Shown: piece after piece, positions 11,565 to 24,999 of the stretch
Position numbering within the stretch: position 1 is the first letter of the stretch
Layout: each line of letters begins with the position of its first letter
NCBI GenBank assembly: GCA_022813865.1
Contig: JALDZX010000022.1
Location: forward strand, 186,001 to 250,000
DNA from: Xylographa opegraphella
Lineage: Eukaryota
Direction: 5' to 3'
DNA: 64,000 nucleotides
The notes under the pieces: model-generated
Databases searched by the model: none
The model's input: only the letters and a program-made list of their open reading frames with translations
What the model was told of the DNA's origin: nothing
Position numbers and translations under genes: made by a program

Positions 11565-13862
11565 CTTGGGCGAAGCTGTCTTGAAATGCCTCCACTTCTA
11601 CCATCCACCGGTGAAGGAAAGGACCGGTGAAGGAAAGGACCGGCGGTCGAGGGGGCAGGATATGTGCGAGTAGAAGTAGAGCGGCAGCAGGTGGAATTGC
11701 CAAGGTGCCGTGTGAATGGGCAAGCTCACGAGCTGCAGGTCTGGCCGAGGTCCTAGGTAAGGTCGATGAGCTATATGGTCTCCCGCAACAGTGGAGGTGG
11801 GACCTTTTTGGAATGGCGGACACGAAGGTGGGAAGATCGGGGTGAGGAGAGGAAGGGAGCCAATTGGATGGATGGTGGTCCAGGCCAGTGGGACTCGCAT
11901 TGGACTTGCCCATTGGCCAGTGCACCAGGACCCCCCACGAGGCAGGTGTGCATACAATCTACCTTATTCTCTGCAGTACTAGAGTAGTACAGCACTTTAC
12001 CTCCCATTCTTGCAGACATTACAGACGACCTGCCCCATGGGTGAAGCTATCTCCCAATCGACCATGTTCGTCCGAGGGAAAGCGGCCGCGTGATTGGCCA
12101 GGCTCGGTGCTGTTCCGTTGCGGTCCCTTCGAGACATGCACGGATGCCGGCCGCTGCAGCGAAAGGATGCAGGCAAACAAGGTAAGGTCAGGTCAGGAAA
12201 GTGGTTATCAGGTTACAAAAACTGCAACGTTCCCCTCAGCCATGGATCGAGGGACCGAAGGATGTCGATGTGGCTTTCTGCTCAACCCGCTAAGCGCTTG
12301 GATGATGCCCTCCCCATCATCATTGGCAGAAGCAAGTTCGATGCTCCATGTGGTAAGGAATTCGCAGCCGAGGCATCGGTCGACGAAAGACTTCCCGCAT
12401 CGTGGCGCCTGCTCAGAATCTGGGGAAAAGAGGTCGGAGGAAGACTTGGCGTGCCACTACGTTCGATCGAGACACGGTGGCGCCAGATGCGGGATCAGGT
12501 GCACTCGCAATAATAATGAATTCACCGAGCCAGTCCTGAATCAGCTCGGTGCATGCGCAGCTTGCAATCTACTTTAGGGTACCTTACACAATATACAGTA
12601 CAACGGTCGGATATCTCGAGAGTAAAGGTGCCTATCTATGGTAAGCTAAGCTAAGCTAAGGGAAGCGGCCTGCCACCCGAACGAACCCCTGCTGCTGCCT
12701 CGTCTGGCCTGAAGCGAGGAAGCCAGTAAGGTGTACCGCATGAGCTAAAGCCAGACCGGGAAACCAAACTGTGGCCCGCATGTTTGTGATACTCCGGACA
12801 CGCCGCTTCCTTCCTGCTTCCAGTCCGTTTCCTCCCTCTCTCCCACAAGCAACCTGATGCTCTGCCATCATCAGAGGCAGCCAGGAGCCTGACATTGCTC
12901 CTTACGCCAGTCGACAGCGATCGTCTCGCCGCGTGCTCCGTGCTCTACATAAGCTTTCCGACGCCGCCATCGGCACAAACGCAGGCATTCAGATTAGGAT
13001 CTGCTTCATGTACCTTCAAGGGATGTCGGGACTGCGACCCCGGACCTTGGCCCTGGCGAATACTGACTCGTACATCCGTCCAGCCCCGAAACGGCCTGCT
13101 TATCTCGACGGATTCCTGGAGCTCCGGCATTCCGAAAGGTGTGGTAATTCCTGGACGAGCTCATCCATTTTCTCACACGACAAGCTGTCTATTCCATAAT
13201 GATGCACTACAGGGGACTCGTTTCCGAGCTCGAGCTCATCCACTCTTTTATTCACTCGCTTGTACGTAGAATCCGTCTCACACTCCTGACCTGTTCCAAG
13301 GCACCGCGAACAAATATCCACCCCCTTTTCCCAGACATCACAGCCCAACTTCTAGTAGACTCATGTCAGCCAATTGATAACTGCATCCCGCATGGCTGAA
13401 TTTTCATAATCTTTCGAGAGTAATGAGGCCGCTCTCGTCTTTCCTTTGCTGGCCGACATTACCTGCAGGCTACGCGTTCACACTTGAAGCGATTGAGGTC
13501 GACATCATGGCGTATTGACGTCGGTCTTCAACCACTGGAAGATAAGGGGTCTACCGTAGTGCTAGAGCTCTTTTCGCTGCCCATAATTGTCTTCAACTTC
13601 TGATAAATCGAGCAGCGAGTCGCAAGACTGGACTATTTTTTGGCAGCAGCCAATCCAGTTCGAAGTTCGCCGGGTGTGTGAGTTGACATCCGGATGCCGT
13701 AAACGGCCCTAGCGATGGCTTACAGGGAAGGTGCACGAGATATCGCGACTATCGCGTAACCTTACGGTAACCTTCCGACGAGTGTAATCTTGCTACTCTT
13801 GGCAAGTTTTGACAGCGAGCCACAACCTACGATATATATAACATTGCTACAGCTGCCGAACC

Positions 13863-15130
13863 ATGACCGATATAACTCAACGCCTGGATAAGGCTCTTAG
13901 CTCTCATAATGCACATGTCAATCAGCATATACGGAATCGTCTCGACGTCCGGGATGAGTTCCTCCGAGAAGCATACCGAATAGTACTGCAATCCATTGAA
14001 CATGATACCCATCCCCCGGCTGACGCTTTATGCTGCAGAATGCCAGTGTTTTCTCCGTATACAGGTACCTGAGTTCAATCCGACAATCGTACCTTTCTAC
14101 CTCCCTTCCTCCACATCGCAACAGGCTTGCGATCAGCCGAACGCATTCCGCGACGACGGATCGCCCAGTCGCAACACACAGCCCAGCAGGGAAAGACCGG
14201 CAGTACTTTACCGATGCTCAGCGTGACCAAATCGACGCGGAGTCCAAAGCGACCCTTCGAGATCTCAATGCCGGTATCCGACAGTTGGAGGAAGCAGAGC
14301 AGCTTCAACGAAACACCGAGACCACGCTTGCCGAGGGGAAAAGGGCGAGATATGGGCTCGGTGCGCTGGGACGATGGGCGGCTGGCGATATGGGAGTAGT
14401 CCAGAGGACTCCGGAGGAAGCGCTGGAGGTGGCCCGGCAGGAGACGATCCGAATACACCGAGAAAGTGTGATCTGGTATCTTCGCAAGAAGCTGGGCGAG
14501 GCGGCAGAGCTACAGTCAGCGATGATGCAAACACGCCTCGACCGGGAGGTGGAGAAGAGTAAGAGTGTGCTCTACAAGACCAGGGGTGCGGCAAACAGAG
14601 GCAGCACCCCGGGTGACTCTGGCGACACCATGGACTTGCTCGGAGCCGGTGGGATATCTGGAAACGTGCCTCGTACCGCAAAGCACCGAAGCGGACCCTC
14701 CGCCATCGACGACGGGGAGAGGAAGATCGAGCAGACACTCAGCCCGGAGCAAGTGCAGCAATTCGCGCAGGAGAACTCGGACATGCTCAAGCACTACGAA
14801 GACACGCTCGACAAAGTGCGGTATGTCGTCGCGGCTCCCCGAGCCCGCTTTCACAGCACAGAGTGACCACCAGCTAACGCGCCCGACAGCACGGCCGAGC
14901 GATCGATGATGGAGATCTCGGAGCTGCAAACCACGCTGGCCGCCAACCTCGAGACGCAATCGTCGATGATCAACGACCTCGTCCTCGACTCTCTCGACAC
15001 CACGGACGACATCGCCGGCGGGAACAAGGAGCTGAAGCGCGCTGCGGACAGGAAGGGCCCGGCCCGCTGGGTCTTCCGCGCCACCTGCGGCTTGTGCGTC
15101 TTTCTCGTGCTGTGGGATCTGATCTTCTGA
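13863..15130 (+). CDS. UFE1: ER t-SNARE, syntaxin-18/Ufe1
   Basis: Motifs DEFLREAYRI and DQIDAESKATLRDLN, SNARE motif EISELQTTLAANLETQ...GGNKELKRA and a C-terminal TM; two introns. Confidence 0.88.
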
Positions 15131-15440
15131 CCGGGCTGTGGACGGCCTGGGGCGGGTTCCGAAAAGTCCAGCCTCCCTCCCTCTCTATCTGGAACCAGCA
15201 TATCTGATCTAATGGTACTGTTGGTCCCACAAAGCTCAATGGCTCCTGCAAGGTTTTCACACCCGCATGTATACACGTACCCCTACACGCACCCTTGTCT
15301 CCCGATCATGGATATATAAGAAAAACAGCCCCAGCAGAACCCACGCAGCACCAACTCCCCACGCCCACATCTCCAGCATCGATATTTCCCAGAACAAATG
15401 CATTCCTCCCACCCCCTATCGCCTCCCACTAACCCGAACC

Positions 15441-15583
15441 NNNNNNNNNNNNNNNNNNNNNNNNNNNNNNNNNNNNNNNNNNNNNNNNNNNNNNNNNNNN
15501 NNNNNNNNNNNNNNNNNNNNNNNNNNNNNNNNNNNNNNNNNNNNNNNNNNNNNNNNNNNNNNNNNNNNNNNNNNNNNNNNNNN
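15441..15583. other. Assembly gap (N run)
   Basis: Run of N followed by a poly-C tract. Confidence 1.
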
Positions 15584-15908
15584 NCCCCCCCCCCTTCCGG
15601 CCAACGCACACCCCTTTCCTATCCGGGCCTCCTGTCGCTCCGCGGATGTACATGCTCCACTAGGATATACCTGACGTGGTCCGAACAGACCGCGATCGAG
15701 AAGCGTATTTTCCTCTTCTTTCTTTCCTTTTGGCAAAAAGGGGGTGTGACCACCCCCCCTCCGCTGCCGCGTACGCGTTTTGTTCGACGAAGAACAGCTA
15801 TTCACTGGGACGAGAACCGAGGGTTAGCTATAAGAGGTACTCAAAGCATCGCTGCTGACGATAAAGCTCGATTCGATTCGATTCCGATCGAGACTCACAC
15901 ACATTGGA

Positions 15909-16158
15909 CATTTCATTTACCATCATTTCATTTACCATCATTTCATTTACCATCATTTCATTTACCATCATTNNNNNNNNNNNCATTTCATTTACCATCA
16001 TTTCATTTACCATCATTTCATTTACCATCATTTCATTTACCATCATTTCATTTACCATCATTTCATTTACCATCATTTCATTTACCATCATTTCATTTAC
16101 CATCATTTCATTTACCATCATTTCATTTACCATCATTTCATTTACCATCATTTCATTT
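15909..16158. repeat. 15-bp perfect minisatellite (CATTTCATTTACCAT)n, about 16 copies, with an internal 10-N gap
   Basis: Directly visible; true copy number is uncertain because of the gap at 15973-15982. Confidence 0.97.
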
Positions 16159-17279
16159 GACACCGAGACATCCATGTTCCCCATACGCCAACCACCTCGG
16201 CGGTGATAACCCACAACAAAACGCTCAAGCAGCCTTATCTCCCAACTGACCCCGCAGCCAGCCAGCCAGCCCCCCTCCTTGCCCCGCAAGTCCCGCAGAC
16301 ACGGAGCGACGAAGATCTCGCCCGTCCAACGCCCTCTTGCCCGTCCCCGCCGCGGACCCATGGATCCAGAGCAGCATAACGACGACGGAGAGGGATCGTG
16401 CGGCACGCGTGTGTGACGGTCAGCTTTCCCCGCACTCTTTCCGAAAGGGCAGGTCGGGAGCCCCGAAGTGAGCAAGGGGAAGAAAAGTACCAAGACCGAG
16501 GGGCCCACGTACCGGACCCAGCACATCGAACACCACAGACGGCATCCCGATGTGGGGATAGATCGTATTAGCGGAGTCCGGAGATGGCTACGAAGAGACC
16601 GAAAAAAAGGGACGACGTTCGGACTCGAAAAAGGACGACGGAGAAGCCAGGAGAGCCATGGCGGCGGTTGGAAGGCAGGGTTGGGGAGGAGAATAGAATG
16701 GAACACGACGCCGGTTGCGCATTGTTATGGGGAAGTAGCTGGGAGGGTTGGGGCGCTTGGGGCGGTTGGATATAAGGCAGCTACGCATCAACGATCTAAA
16801 CGCGTTTGCTCTACATACGATCTACCATGAGCTTCGATTGCAGCGCCCACCACACCCACGACGGTGCTAAATCCCAACTAATTCCCCAATACCCCTTGCT
16901 CATCATAAAACATCCACACCGCCAAGCGCCCCCCACCTCGCGCGCTTCCGCCCCTGCAGCTCTGCTCCAGAAAAACCCACAACCGCATTCATCTCCATGC
17001 GCTATTCTCTATCAACATAGCAGCAGTCTGCTCCCTGCAGCGTGAAGCCTGCGGCGCGGAAGCATCGCTCGCATAAGGCATGTATCAACTGGAGGAAGGA
17101 AGCGTGTTGTTGAATGGGGGAGGTAGTGAAAGGGATAGTGTGGATTGGATATGAATGGGGTGGATGGTAGGCTTTGGGGCGTGCTTAGGGTGGTAGGGAG
17201 TAACTTGCCGGGGGTCGCGTTGCTTGAGGTTTGGGGGTTTGTTGGAGTTCCGGGGGTGTGCTGTGGGTAGGGGGTAATG

Positions 17280-17312
17280 TAGGGTAGGGTAGGGTAGGGT
17301 AGGGTAGGGTAG
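17280..17312 (+). repeat. (TAGGG)6 microsatellite, G-quadruplex competent
   Basis: Six perfect TAGGG units. Confidence 0.9.
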
Positions 17313-18005
17313 TCGAAGGGGGCTTAGGGCTCAAGGGGATAGGGAGTAGGTAAAACCATCTTTCTTGATACGGAGCAGATAGCACATCAACACCTAAGAA
17401 AAGGGAGTCATGGTTTGGGACACAGAGTCGTGATATAGATTGCACACTCATCCTCACCATCGCTCAAATAGCCATTAAGCTGCGCCACTGAATCTTCTAC
17501 CGTCCATAACATCCATCATCAACAACAACAGACTACGAACTATAAGCCGAACGACCAACGTCTCAGCACCCACAGTCTTACGGAAGTACGCTATCAAAAA
17601 TGCCATCCACATGCTCACAAAACTTCTCATACCTATTTACACACCAAGTAAACCGCCAAGCGACCCCCTGGATCCCATTTCTGGCCCGGACGGCAAATCC
17701 TCCGTTCTCATTCATACTCGTAGCTATCCAAAGGTGAGACCTGGCTTGCGAACTGCGGGGATAGGTCTTTCGGAGATGCGACAAGGCGACGGGATGGGCG
17801 GAGGTTGCCCTTCCCGAGCGCTGATGGTCGGCGAGAGCCGAGATGCACAGGGGGGTCAATCGTGGGGGGCAAATATGCAAAATGATAGAAATCGACCAAG
17901 GGGGCTGTTTTCCGATTTAATTGTGCGAGACTCCCCTTCATGGGCAAAACATCCAATCTCATGATCAAGGCCCAGCCAAGCAATATATACTTCGCCCCCG
18001 CCTCC

Positions 18006-19874
18006 TCACAGACTATCCTCCCGCCACCGACTCCGCACCCGCTCCCACCCCTCCTTCTCACCTTTCCCGCCTCGATGCTCGAGCCCGAGGCCGCGCTCGA
18101 CCCACTCGCGGCTGCCCATCTCGCTCAGACGGCTCAGCGCGCGCGAGAAGGCGAAGCGCTCCTCGTCGCCGCTGAAGATGGAGCTGCTCTTCAGCATCTG
18201 CATGTTCAGGCCGAGGTCGTCCATCATCATGCGCATGACGTCGTCGACGTCCTCGCCGTCGGCGGGGAGGGCCACGTCGCCTTTGCTGCGGCCGCTGTCG
18301 AGCGCGTCGTGGACCTCGTCGGGGGACATGAAGAGCTGGTAGAGGGGCACGGAGGAGGTGAGCACGAGTTTGGCCTGTGAGAGGGATTAGTGGAGAGTCT
18401 TTGAACGAGCGGTGTGTGGGCAGCGTGAGGGGAGGTGGGCGGGGCTACGAAGATACTGGTACATAGGGGAGATTTCTCGTGTAACATACCCGGCTCTCGT
18501 ACACCGCGTCGATGAAAGTGATGAACCTCCTCGCTAGATCTCTTTCCCGGAAAGACATGCCTGGCACATCGGTCACGATGAACGCGTGGTAACTCCTCAT
18601 CAGTTCGAGATAATCAGCTGCGCCGGTTGCCCTTCCAATCAGCTCGTCGAACTTGAACCATGCTGCCTGGCCGCTCGCTTTGGGCACTTCGATGTCACGT
18701 CCCCACACTTTCTGAACGGCTTTGTGAGGGGGGTCATTTTCCGGGTCGCCTAAGAAGCGGAACCATTTCTCGGCATGAGAGACGGCCGCTCTGTCGAGAG
18801 GATGATGGTAGACCCCAGATGGCGGTCGAGGGATTTTCCGGTAGTCGGTGTGGGAATCGAGGTTCAAGACTCGGAGCCGCGTTTTGAGGAGATTTATGCA
18901 CGGCACGAAGGACTGCCGCTGAATGCCGTTTTTGTACAGGTCGTCTGGGTGACGATTGGATGTCGTGACGAGCACTACGCCGTGTGTCATCAGTGCTTCG
19001 AGGAGCCTGGATCTCTCAAGTCAGACTTGAAAGTAGAATGGGCCGACCAGTGGTGGCAAGCGAGCATACCTCCGAAGTATCATGGCGTCCGCAACGTCCG
19101 TGCATTGGAACTCGTCGAAGCAGAGGACACTTCCCTTCTCAGCTATATCTGCCGCTACGTAGAGTATGGCATCCAGGTCGTCCCCATGCTCCATCTTCAG
19201 CACATGCAACCGATGATGAACATCCTGCATGAAGTTGTGGAAATGAATCCTTGTCTTCGAAGTGATATTGGGCGGTAGGGTATCGTAGAACATGTCCATG
19301 AGCATCGTCTTTCCACTCCCGACGTCGCCATACATGTAAAGACCTTTGGGAAGATTCGGCGGTATTTGAGTAGCAAGTTCTTTAGACGGCTTGCCTTGGA
19401 AAAGTGAGCCAATCCAGGACTTTGATCGTGGTCTCAGGGATCGTATGCTCGGATGAACAACTTTAGGCGGGTTATATTCTGACAGCATATCGTGAAGGTC
19501 CTGAAGACTCTGCACAAGACCTGTCCGATAGATCAGAGCTACGGTTTAGGATTAAATTGGATCAACCATACCGCGCTGATGTTCATCATTTCTGAGTTGA
19601 TGCGAGTGTACTCGCTCGTCATACTCGTCCAATGGTCCTTTAGAATGGGGATTCACTGGGGATGATCTTAGTTCTTCATCTCAACGGCCGCCCCGAAGAT
19701 GGAACCCTCGAACATACCATTGCTGACCGTAGCCAAGCGCCGAGCTTGCTGCTGGACCGGCGACAACATTTTCGAAGACCATGGCACCGGCTTCCCTACA
19801 GCGACTGCGCCGTGACCACGAGCCCGTACAGCGCATCCCCATTGCGGCTGCCGCATACATTTCGCACATATCAT
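18006..19874 (-). CDS. AFG1: Mitochondrial AFG1/ZapE-family ATPase
   Basis: PKGLYMYGDVGSGKTMLMDMFY (Walker A), LCFDEFQCTDVADAMILRR, TSNRHPDDLYKNGIQR, DEERFAFSRALSRLSEM; Arg-rich N-terminal presequence; start codon tentative. Confidence 0.93.
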
Positions 19875-20921
19875 CCGTCTCTGCAGCCGAGAAGCAGGAG
19901 ATGACGGGCGTCCAAACGATTGCAGGACACCCTGCAGCACTCTCAAGCTGGGCAGAGCGCTCGACTTCCCCGTCATCCTCAACCCCGTGCTTCAAGGCCC
20001 CGGTGCAAGGAACATCAAAGCTCGTAGCAATGGCAAGGAGCGCATCAGGTCAATAGCAATTTCCAGGTAACAATAGGCAAAGGGAAATGGCCGAGCCCGC
20101 CCATCTGGGATTTGCGGGCGTCACATTGGGACCTGTGTGGCGGAGAAGCACGTTGTGACCAACGATCGTCGCGACAGGGTGCCGTTGCTGGTGCCGAGGA
20201 TCCACAGACCCTAATCACTAAAGGGGTAAAGAGTGTCACTAAACTGGAACTGGACTTCTCGCCACACCTCATGTCGATCTATCAATGAGGCTCGAAATGG
20301 CCACTTGAACTTCCCGAATGCACGGAAACCTTGCGTTGATCAGGCTCGTCATCCCAACATGGCAGATAAGAAGTTCGTGTGTGATCGTGACATTCATGTC
20401 ACAGATCGAAGTCGACTATATCCTTAGCCACCTGTCTACGGCGCGGCGCGTCTATATCTACTACTGGATGAATCGAACTGACCGCGTGCCGCATGGATAT
20501 TCGGGTACAGAGAAAAGAACCAGTTAAACGACAACGTGTTGTGGAAAATAGGACACAAAAAGGATGAAGTCCTAATCATTATGTTCTCTGGCGTGTTCTT
20601 TGGGGAAGCCCAGGAAGTGTATTTGGGTGCGTAGAGCCACACGGGAGGAATGAGCCCAAGCCAGCGTGTATTACCTCGATGTTTGCTTCGGATACCAAAA
20701 TCAAGCGGACCAGGTATTCTCAACAGCCCACAGTCAAGAGCAATAAGGAAGGCCAACAAACGTGTAAATAAGATAGTATTTTAGTCGCAAAAGCTGTCCG
20801 CCCACAATAACCTAATCCCACAGCCGTGATTCACGTCGCTAAGAAAACCGGCTTAGCTCATTATTCGGAGCTCCAGCTTACACTCTCAATCCGCGTCTCA
20901 TGCGCAAGTTTTGGAACTGCT

Positions 20922-21849
20922 CTACCTCTCCACCCTACCCCAGCTGCCTGCAGGAGGGCTTCGAGGCCAGGCACCAGCTTGCCCTTGGGCCTGAGCCGCC
21001 CCTCCCCTACCTACGGGTGCGCCCCAACCAGCACTCGCTGTTGTATAGCTTGGGCTTGGGCTCAGAGCGCCACTCAGCCCGCCATAGCTTCCGTTGCTGC
21101 CACTTCCGCTGGAGCTGCCTCCGCCTCCGGCTGGGCCAATGGCATTTGTGAGGGTACGGAGAGCAACCTCGGCGGCATCCTCTTTCGCGTTATGCACATA
21201 CTGGCCATCATACCAGTAGCGGGCCGAGAGGGTCTGTCGCGAATTTGGGTGGGCAGAAGGTGAAGCCACAGTAACGGTGGAAGACCAGGCCGTACGACCG
21301 CCTAGACACAAGATAGGTCGTTAATGTGGGACGAAAAGAAAGAGATAGGCTCGCGGTAGTGTGATGTAGTGGAGCAGATCGGACGATTAGATGCAAAGGT
21401 TCGAGCAGTGACACTCGAAATGTAGCGAAACAGGAGACATTGCAAGAAACGTCCAAAAACCAGATATGACATGGCGTATTATACATGGTCAGCTGTACAC
21501 TTTGCTCATACAGTCCGACGCATATGAGGAGAGCAACATGTCCACTGCAGAGACGAATGTTATGGGATAGAGAATGAGCTCCGATTTGGGACCTGACAGT
21601 AATGGACCAGGGAATGTTAGCGCTCACCTCGGCGATCCGATATGATCTCGAAAACAGGCTGGAGGAGTTGAGCTGAGCGGCAGTGGTCTAGCAAAAGGTC
21701 TCAAAATCAGCTCGCATTTCCAACCGCTTGGGAGGAGATTGTCGTCGGAAGTCTCTCATGCTATATTTCTTGCGCGAGAGAAAAAGCTTGCCTTGGAGTC
21801 TCTCCTGCCAGGAAGATGACCGAGGACGAGTTGTCGATGCAGACGACAT
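20922..21849 (-). CDS. Small dsRNA-binding-motif (DRBM)-like protein
   Basis: Spliced MSSASTTRPRSSSWQERLQ|DHCRSAQLLQPVFEIISDRR|GGRTAWSSTVTV...ARYWYDGQYVHNAKEDAAEVALRTL. The first intron (21688-21791) is GC-AG. Confidence 0.8.
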
Positions 21850-23630
21850 GACGTGCTGAACGAATGTAAGGTAGGAGGAGGAAACGATAGATGAGCTGAG
21901 ATGCCCGACTCAGAAGAGCCAAGCAATGCGATGCGCAACGAATGAAGTATATTGTACCACGCGACCAAGGTAGGTTTCTTAAATCCTGATCGCTGTGCTC
22001 GAACGCGTATAGGGTGATGAAGGTAGTCTAGTGAGGGAAGCAAATAAGTCAGGGACAAAACCCATGATGGTGGATTTATAGCTTCCATTCCAGTACTCTA
22101 ACCCCTAGCCAAGAGTATCCCCATCTCGTGGTTAGCAGTAGCTTGGAAGCTCCTACCCAGGACCTGTGGTCGACCGGCAAAAACAGACAAAGAAAGGTTG
22201 GAAGCAGTCAAACGTGCTCATGCATGATGAAGTATAAGACAGTTGATTCGAATCCCGGGAGCCAATGCGCTGTGCATCATCGGGAGGTGCATCGAATGAG
22301 GCTTGAAGGCCTGTTTCAATAGGTAGTGGAAGGACGAAGGTACGGGCCGGCGCGTGTGAGAAGGGTCATGAGAGGGGCAAAGAGCATCTCGACTGGCAGC
22401 AGAATGACGCCGGTCTGGCTCCGAATCTCGCTCTGCTGGGGCAGCATTGTACGGCTGCGGCTGTCCCAACGACAGCTACGATATACGAACGGCAAGCATC
22501 GATCACGCGAACAAGAATGGAGAAGCCCCGAGTGACAAATTGGGAGCTGGGAGATCTCAGAAATCGTAAGCGTTACGGAAGACAGTACGGAGTATGGTAA
22601 AAGGTTGAGCCAAGAGCCAAACGGTTTGACACAAGCACAAAGAGACGGGTATGGCTACCGGGAAAGAAGAGAGCTTGCAGTGTCAACATGCGTTGGATCC
22701 ACAAGACCCCTGTATGCGCCGTGCCTTGGATTTGGTGTGGAGATGGTGCACCAGGAGGAGACACCAGCTCAGACGCGGTAGCAGAGCCACCTATGGCACG
22801 ACTCGAGCGCTGGATAGCTTCGCTGCCGATTTACGGTTGCGTGGACGTGAAGAATGAAGGAGGGTGTGTGCTTTCTGATGGGAGTCAGGGGGGTTTGGAC
22901 TAGGTAGGGCTCGTACGACAGGCCATCCGTCGGCCATCGCACAGCAGCAAGGCCGACCTGCAGCACGCCTCCGCCTACCAGGGAGGCCTCTTCCGTGGCC
23001 GCGACATGTTTGTGAGGCCGACCCAGATGCAGCGCTGGACGACATGCAACGATTTCTTTCAGGTTATGCGCTGCGAATTAGCGGTGCCCCCCGCTGGGTG
23101 CGAGATATACGCGGCACGACGTGCACAACCCGCTTCACCACCCCCCCCTCCGCCGGCTCCGCTTTGGTTGGGCTGCAACGATGACATCTCGGGTACTTCG
23201 TATCAGGTTACACCCGCCTGTCATCCAGACACATACGGATGGAAAGGTTTCAGCAGCATTGAGCGTATATACAATTGCGGAGCCTCAAATGCCGGTCCTT
23301 CCCGAACCCGCCCTTCCAGTCGATCGTTATCTACGTACGAGTCTACTGAAATGTTGAGGACGGATCCTGTCCGACTGGACGCTTGCTCTTACAGATCCCC
23401 GCGCATGCTGTGTCGTCCTCGGCGCTATATAACATGCCTTCGTGATAATCGTGTATGCAATGCGGCAGTCCGACCAAGTTGGACGCTGCCATCCCGCGAA
23501 GAGCATGCCAAGTCCGAGCACAAAGATAATGAGATTACAAAGTATGATAGAGTATGATAAAACATATGTAGCCGGTAGTATTACAGAGATCTCGTGTTCG
23601 CCTGTACAAATGGATGTGATCAGCTGCTTT

Positions 23631-24999
23631 CTAAGCCTCTGCTGAGGTCTGTCGTAGTGGTGTAGGTTGTCGGGTAGCCGTATTGCCCCGACGATGGAAA
23701 ACTTCGTCGATTAGCCGCTTGGGCCCAATGTATTCCATGTTCATCTTGCGCGACGATAACATTGGCATGGGTATCGGAAACTGAAAGCGATCCTTGTGGT
23801 GCCATCGACTTTTGATGCAGTCGTCAACAAGGGCCATCAAGCCGGTTGCAACGATCACACTGCAGTTGTTAGACAAGGTAAGCGGCGGGTGATCCACAGA
23901 CAACTCACTCAGCAACATCAGTCAGTCCACGAAGAGTTTTCTCATCACTTATCCACATGGAGCACGGAGGGACCCACCCGCCTTTCTCCTCTTCGTCGCG
24001 AGACTCGGTGGGCGTGAGAGGAGTAGGAACGATATGAGCGATCGCTTCCGAGGTAAGGGTGTTGTACAGATGATACGAAGTTTCTTTCCTTTGACCGTTC
24101 CTTGTCGTTATTCTCTTCCACGCATATGCGGTGCCCCAATAGTCGAACTCGTATCGTTTCGATGATTTAGTGCCACGACGTTTGAGATCAAGGTGAGCGT
24201 AGTTCGAAAATTCAAGCTGTGTGGTATTCGTAGGTAAAAGTATACTACTACCTCTTGTTTCTTTGAATGGAGTTTTGAACATGGTTTCGTAGTCATCTTC
24301 ATCCATGGACTCGTAGCCCGAATCTTGTCGCTTGAAACTTGTCATAGTGGCCGTCTTACTCTCCGACTTGGATCGCAAAGTGGCCAAAGCATTGCTCACG
24401 GACAGATGGAGACCAGGTCGACGTTCCGAAGCTGGTTTCGTGTACTTCCGGCCTGAATGACATACCTCCCGTCCCGATTCACGGCAATATCTCCGCAGTG
24501 AGAAATCTCGGTTCTTAAGGTCATGCATACGTAGGTGAAAGAGCGTTAAGTCAACCTTGTTGCCCGTAGTCATGTGCCTCTCGGTGTCTACTCGGAGGTT
24601 CATGTTCCCATCAACGGTGTCATCGTGACGGATGCACAGCCTTCGCGTCGAAGGAAAGAAGTCGGCAAATTCTGGGGGGGTTGAAGGAACTGCCGTGGAC
24701 GATACAGGTTCGTATACAGATTCTGGTTCCTCGTAGATGAAATCGTCTTGCCCCAGGTCCTCCTCTGATGCCACAGTTGATGCATAGGTTTCCACCGATG
24801 AGGGCGCTTTTAAGCTATCGTAGAAGAGATCATCCCAGCTACCATTCGAGTAACAAGTAGGATGGGCAGTCAGATTTTGCTTCAAAGACGGTCGTATACT
24901 ATAAAGAGTCGGTGCAGTACTTCGAGAGTGATCGGACTCATCACTACATTCGGAACTCGAGTTGCTGTCTCTCCGTTGTGCAAAGATCCTAGTTGGCAT
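23631..24999 (-). CDS. Conserved-looking fungal hypothetical protein
   Basis: 364-codon first exon (IRHDDTVDGNMNLRVDT, LFHLRMHDLKNRDFSLRRYCRESGREVC, GGWVPPCSMWISD) spliced to VIVATGLMALVDDCI. Confidence 0.85.

Noticed and set aside
11864..13399. Several 60-237 aa ORFs between the MFS gene and UFE1
   Set aside because: No recognisable motifs, codon bias or coherent splice model; likely promoter DNA.
15398..16706. Long ORFs with FHLPS / MMVNE repeats
   Set aside because: Artefacts of the 15-bp minisatellite and N gaps.
17280..17312. Interstitial telomere
   Set aside because: The unit is TAGGG, not TTAGGG, and there are only six copies.
22240..22265. tRNA T-loop-like GATTCGAATCCC
   Set aside because: Deviates from GTTCRA and no cloverleaf is evident.
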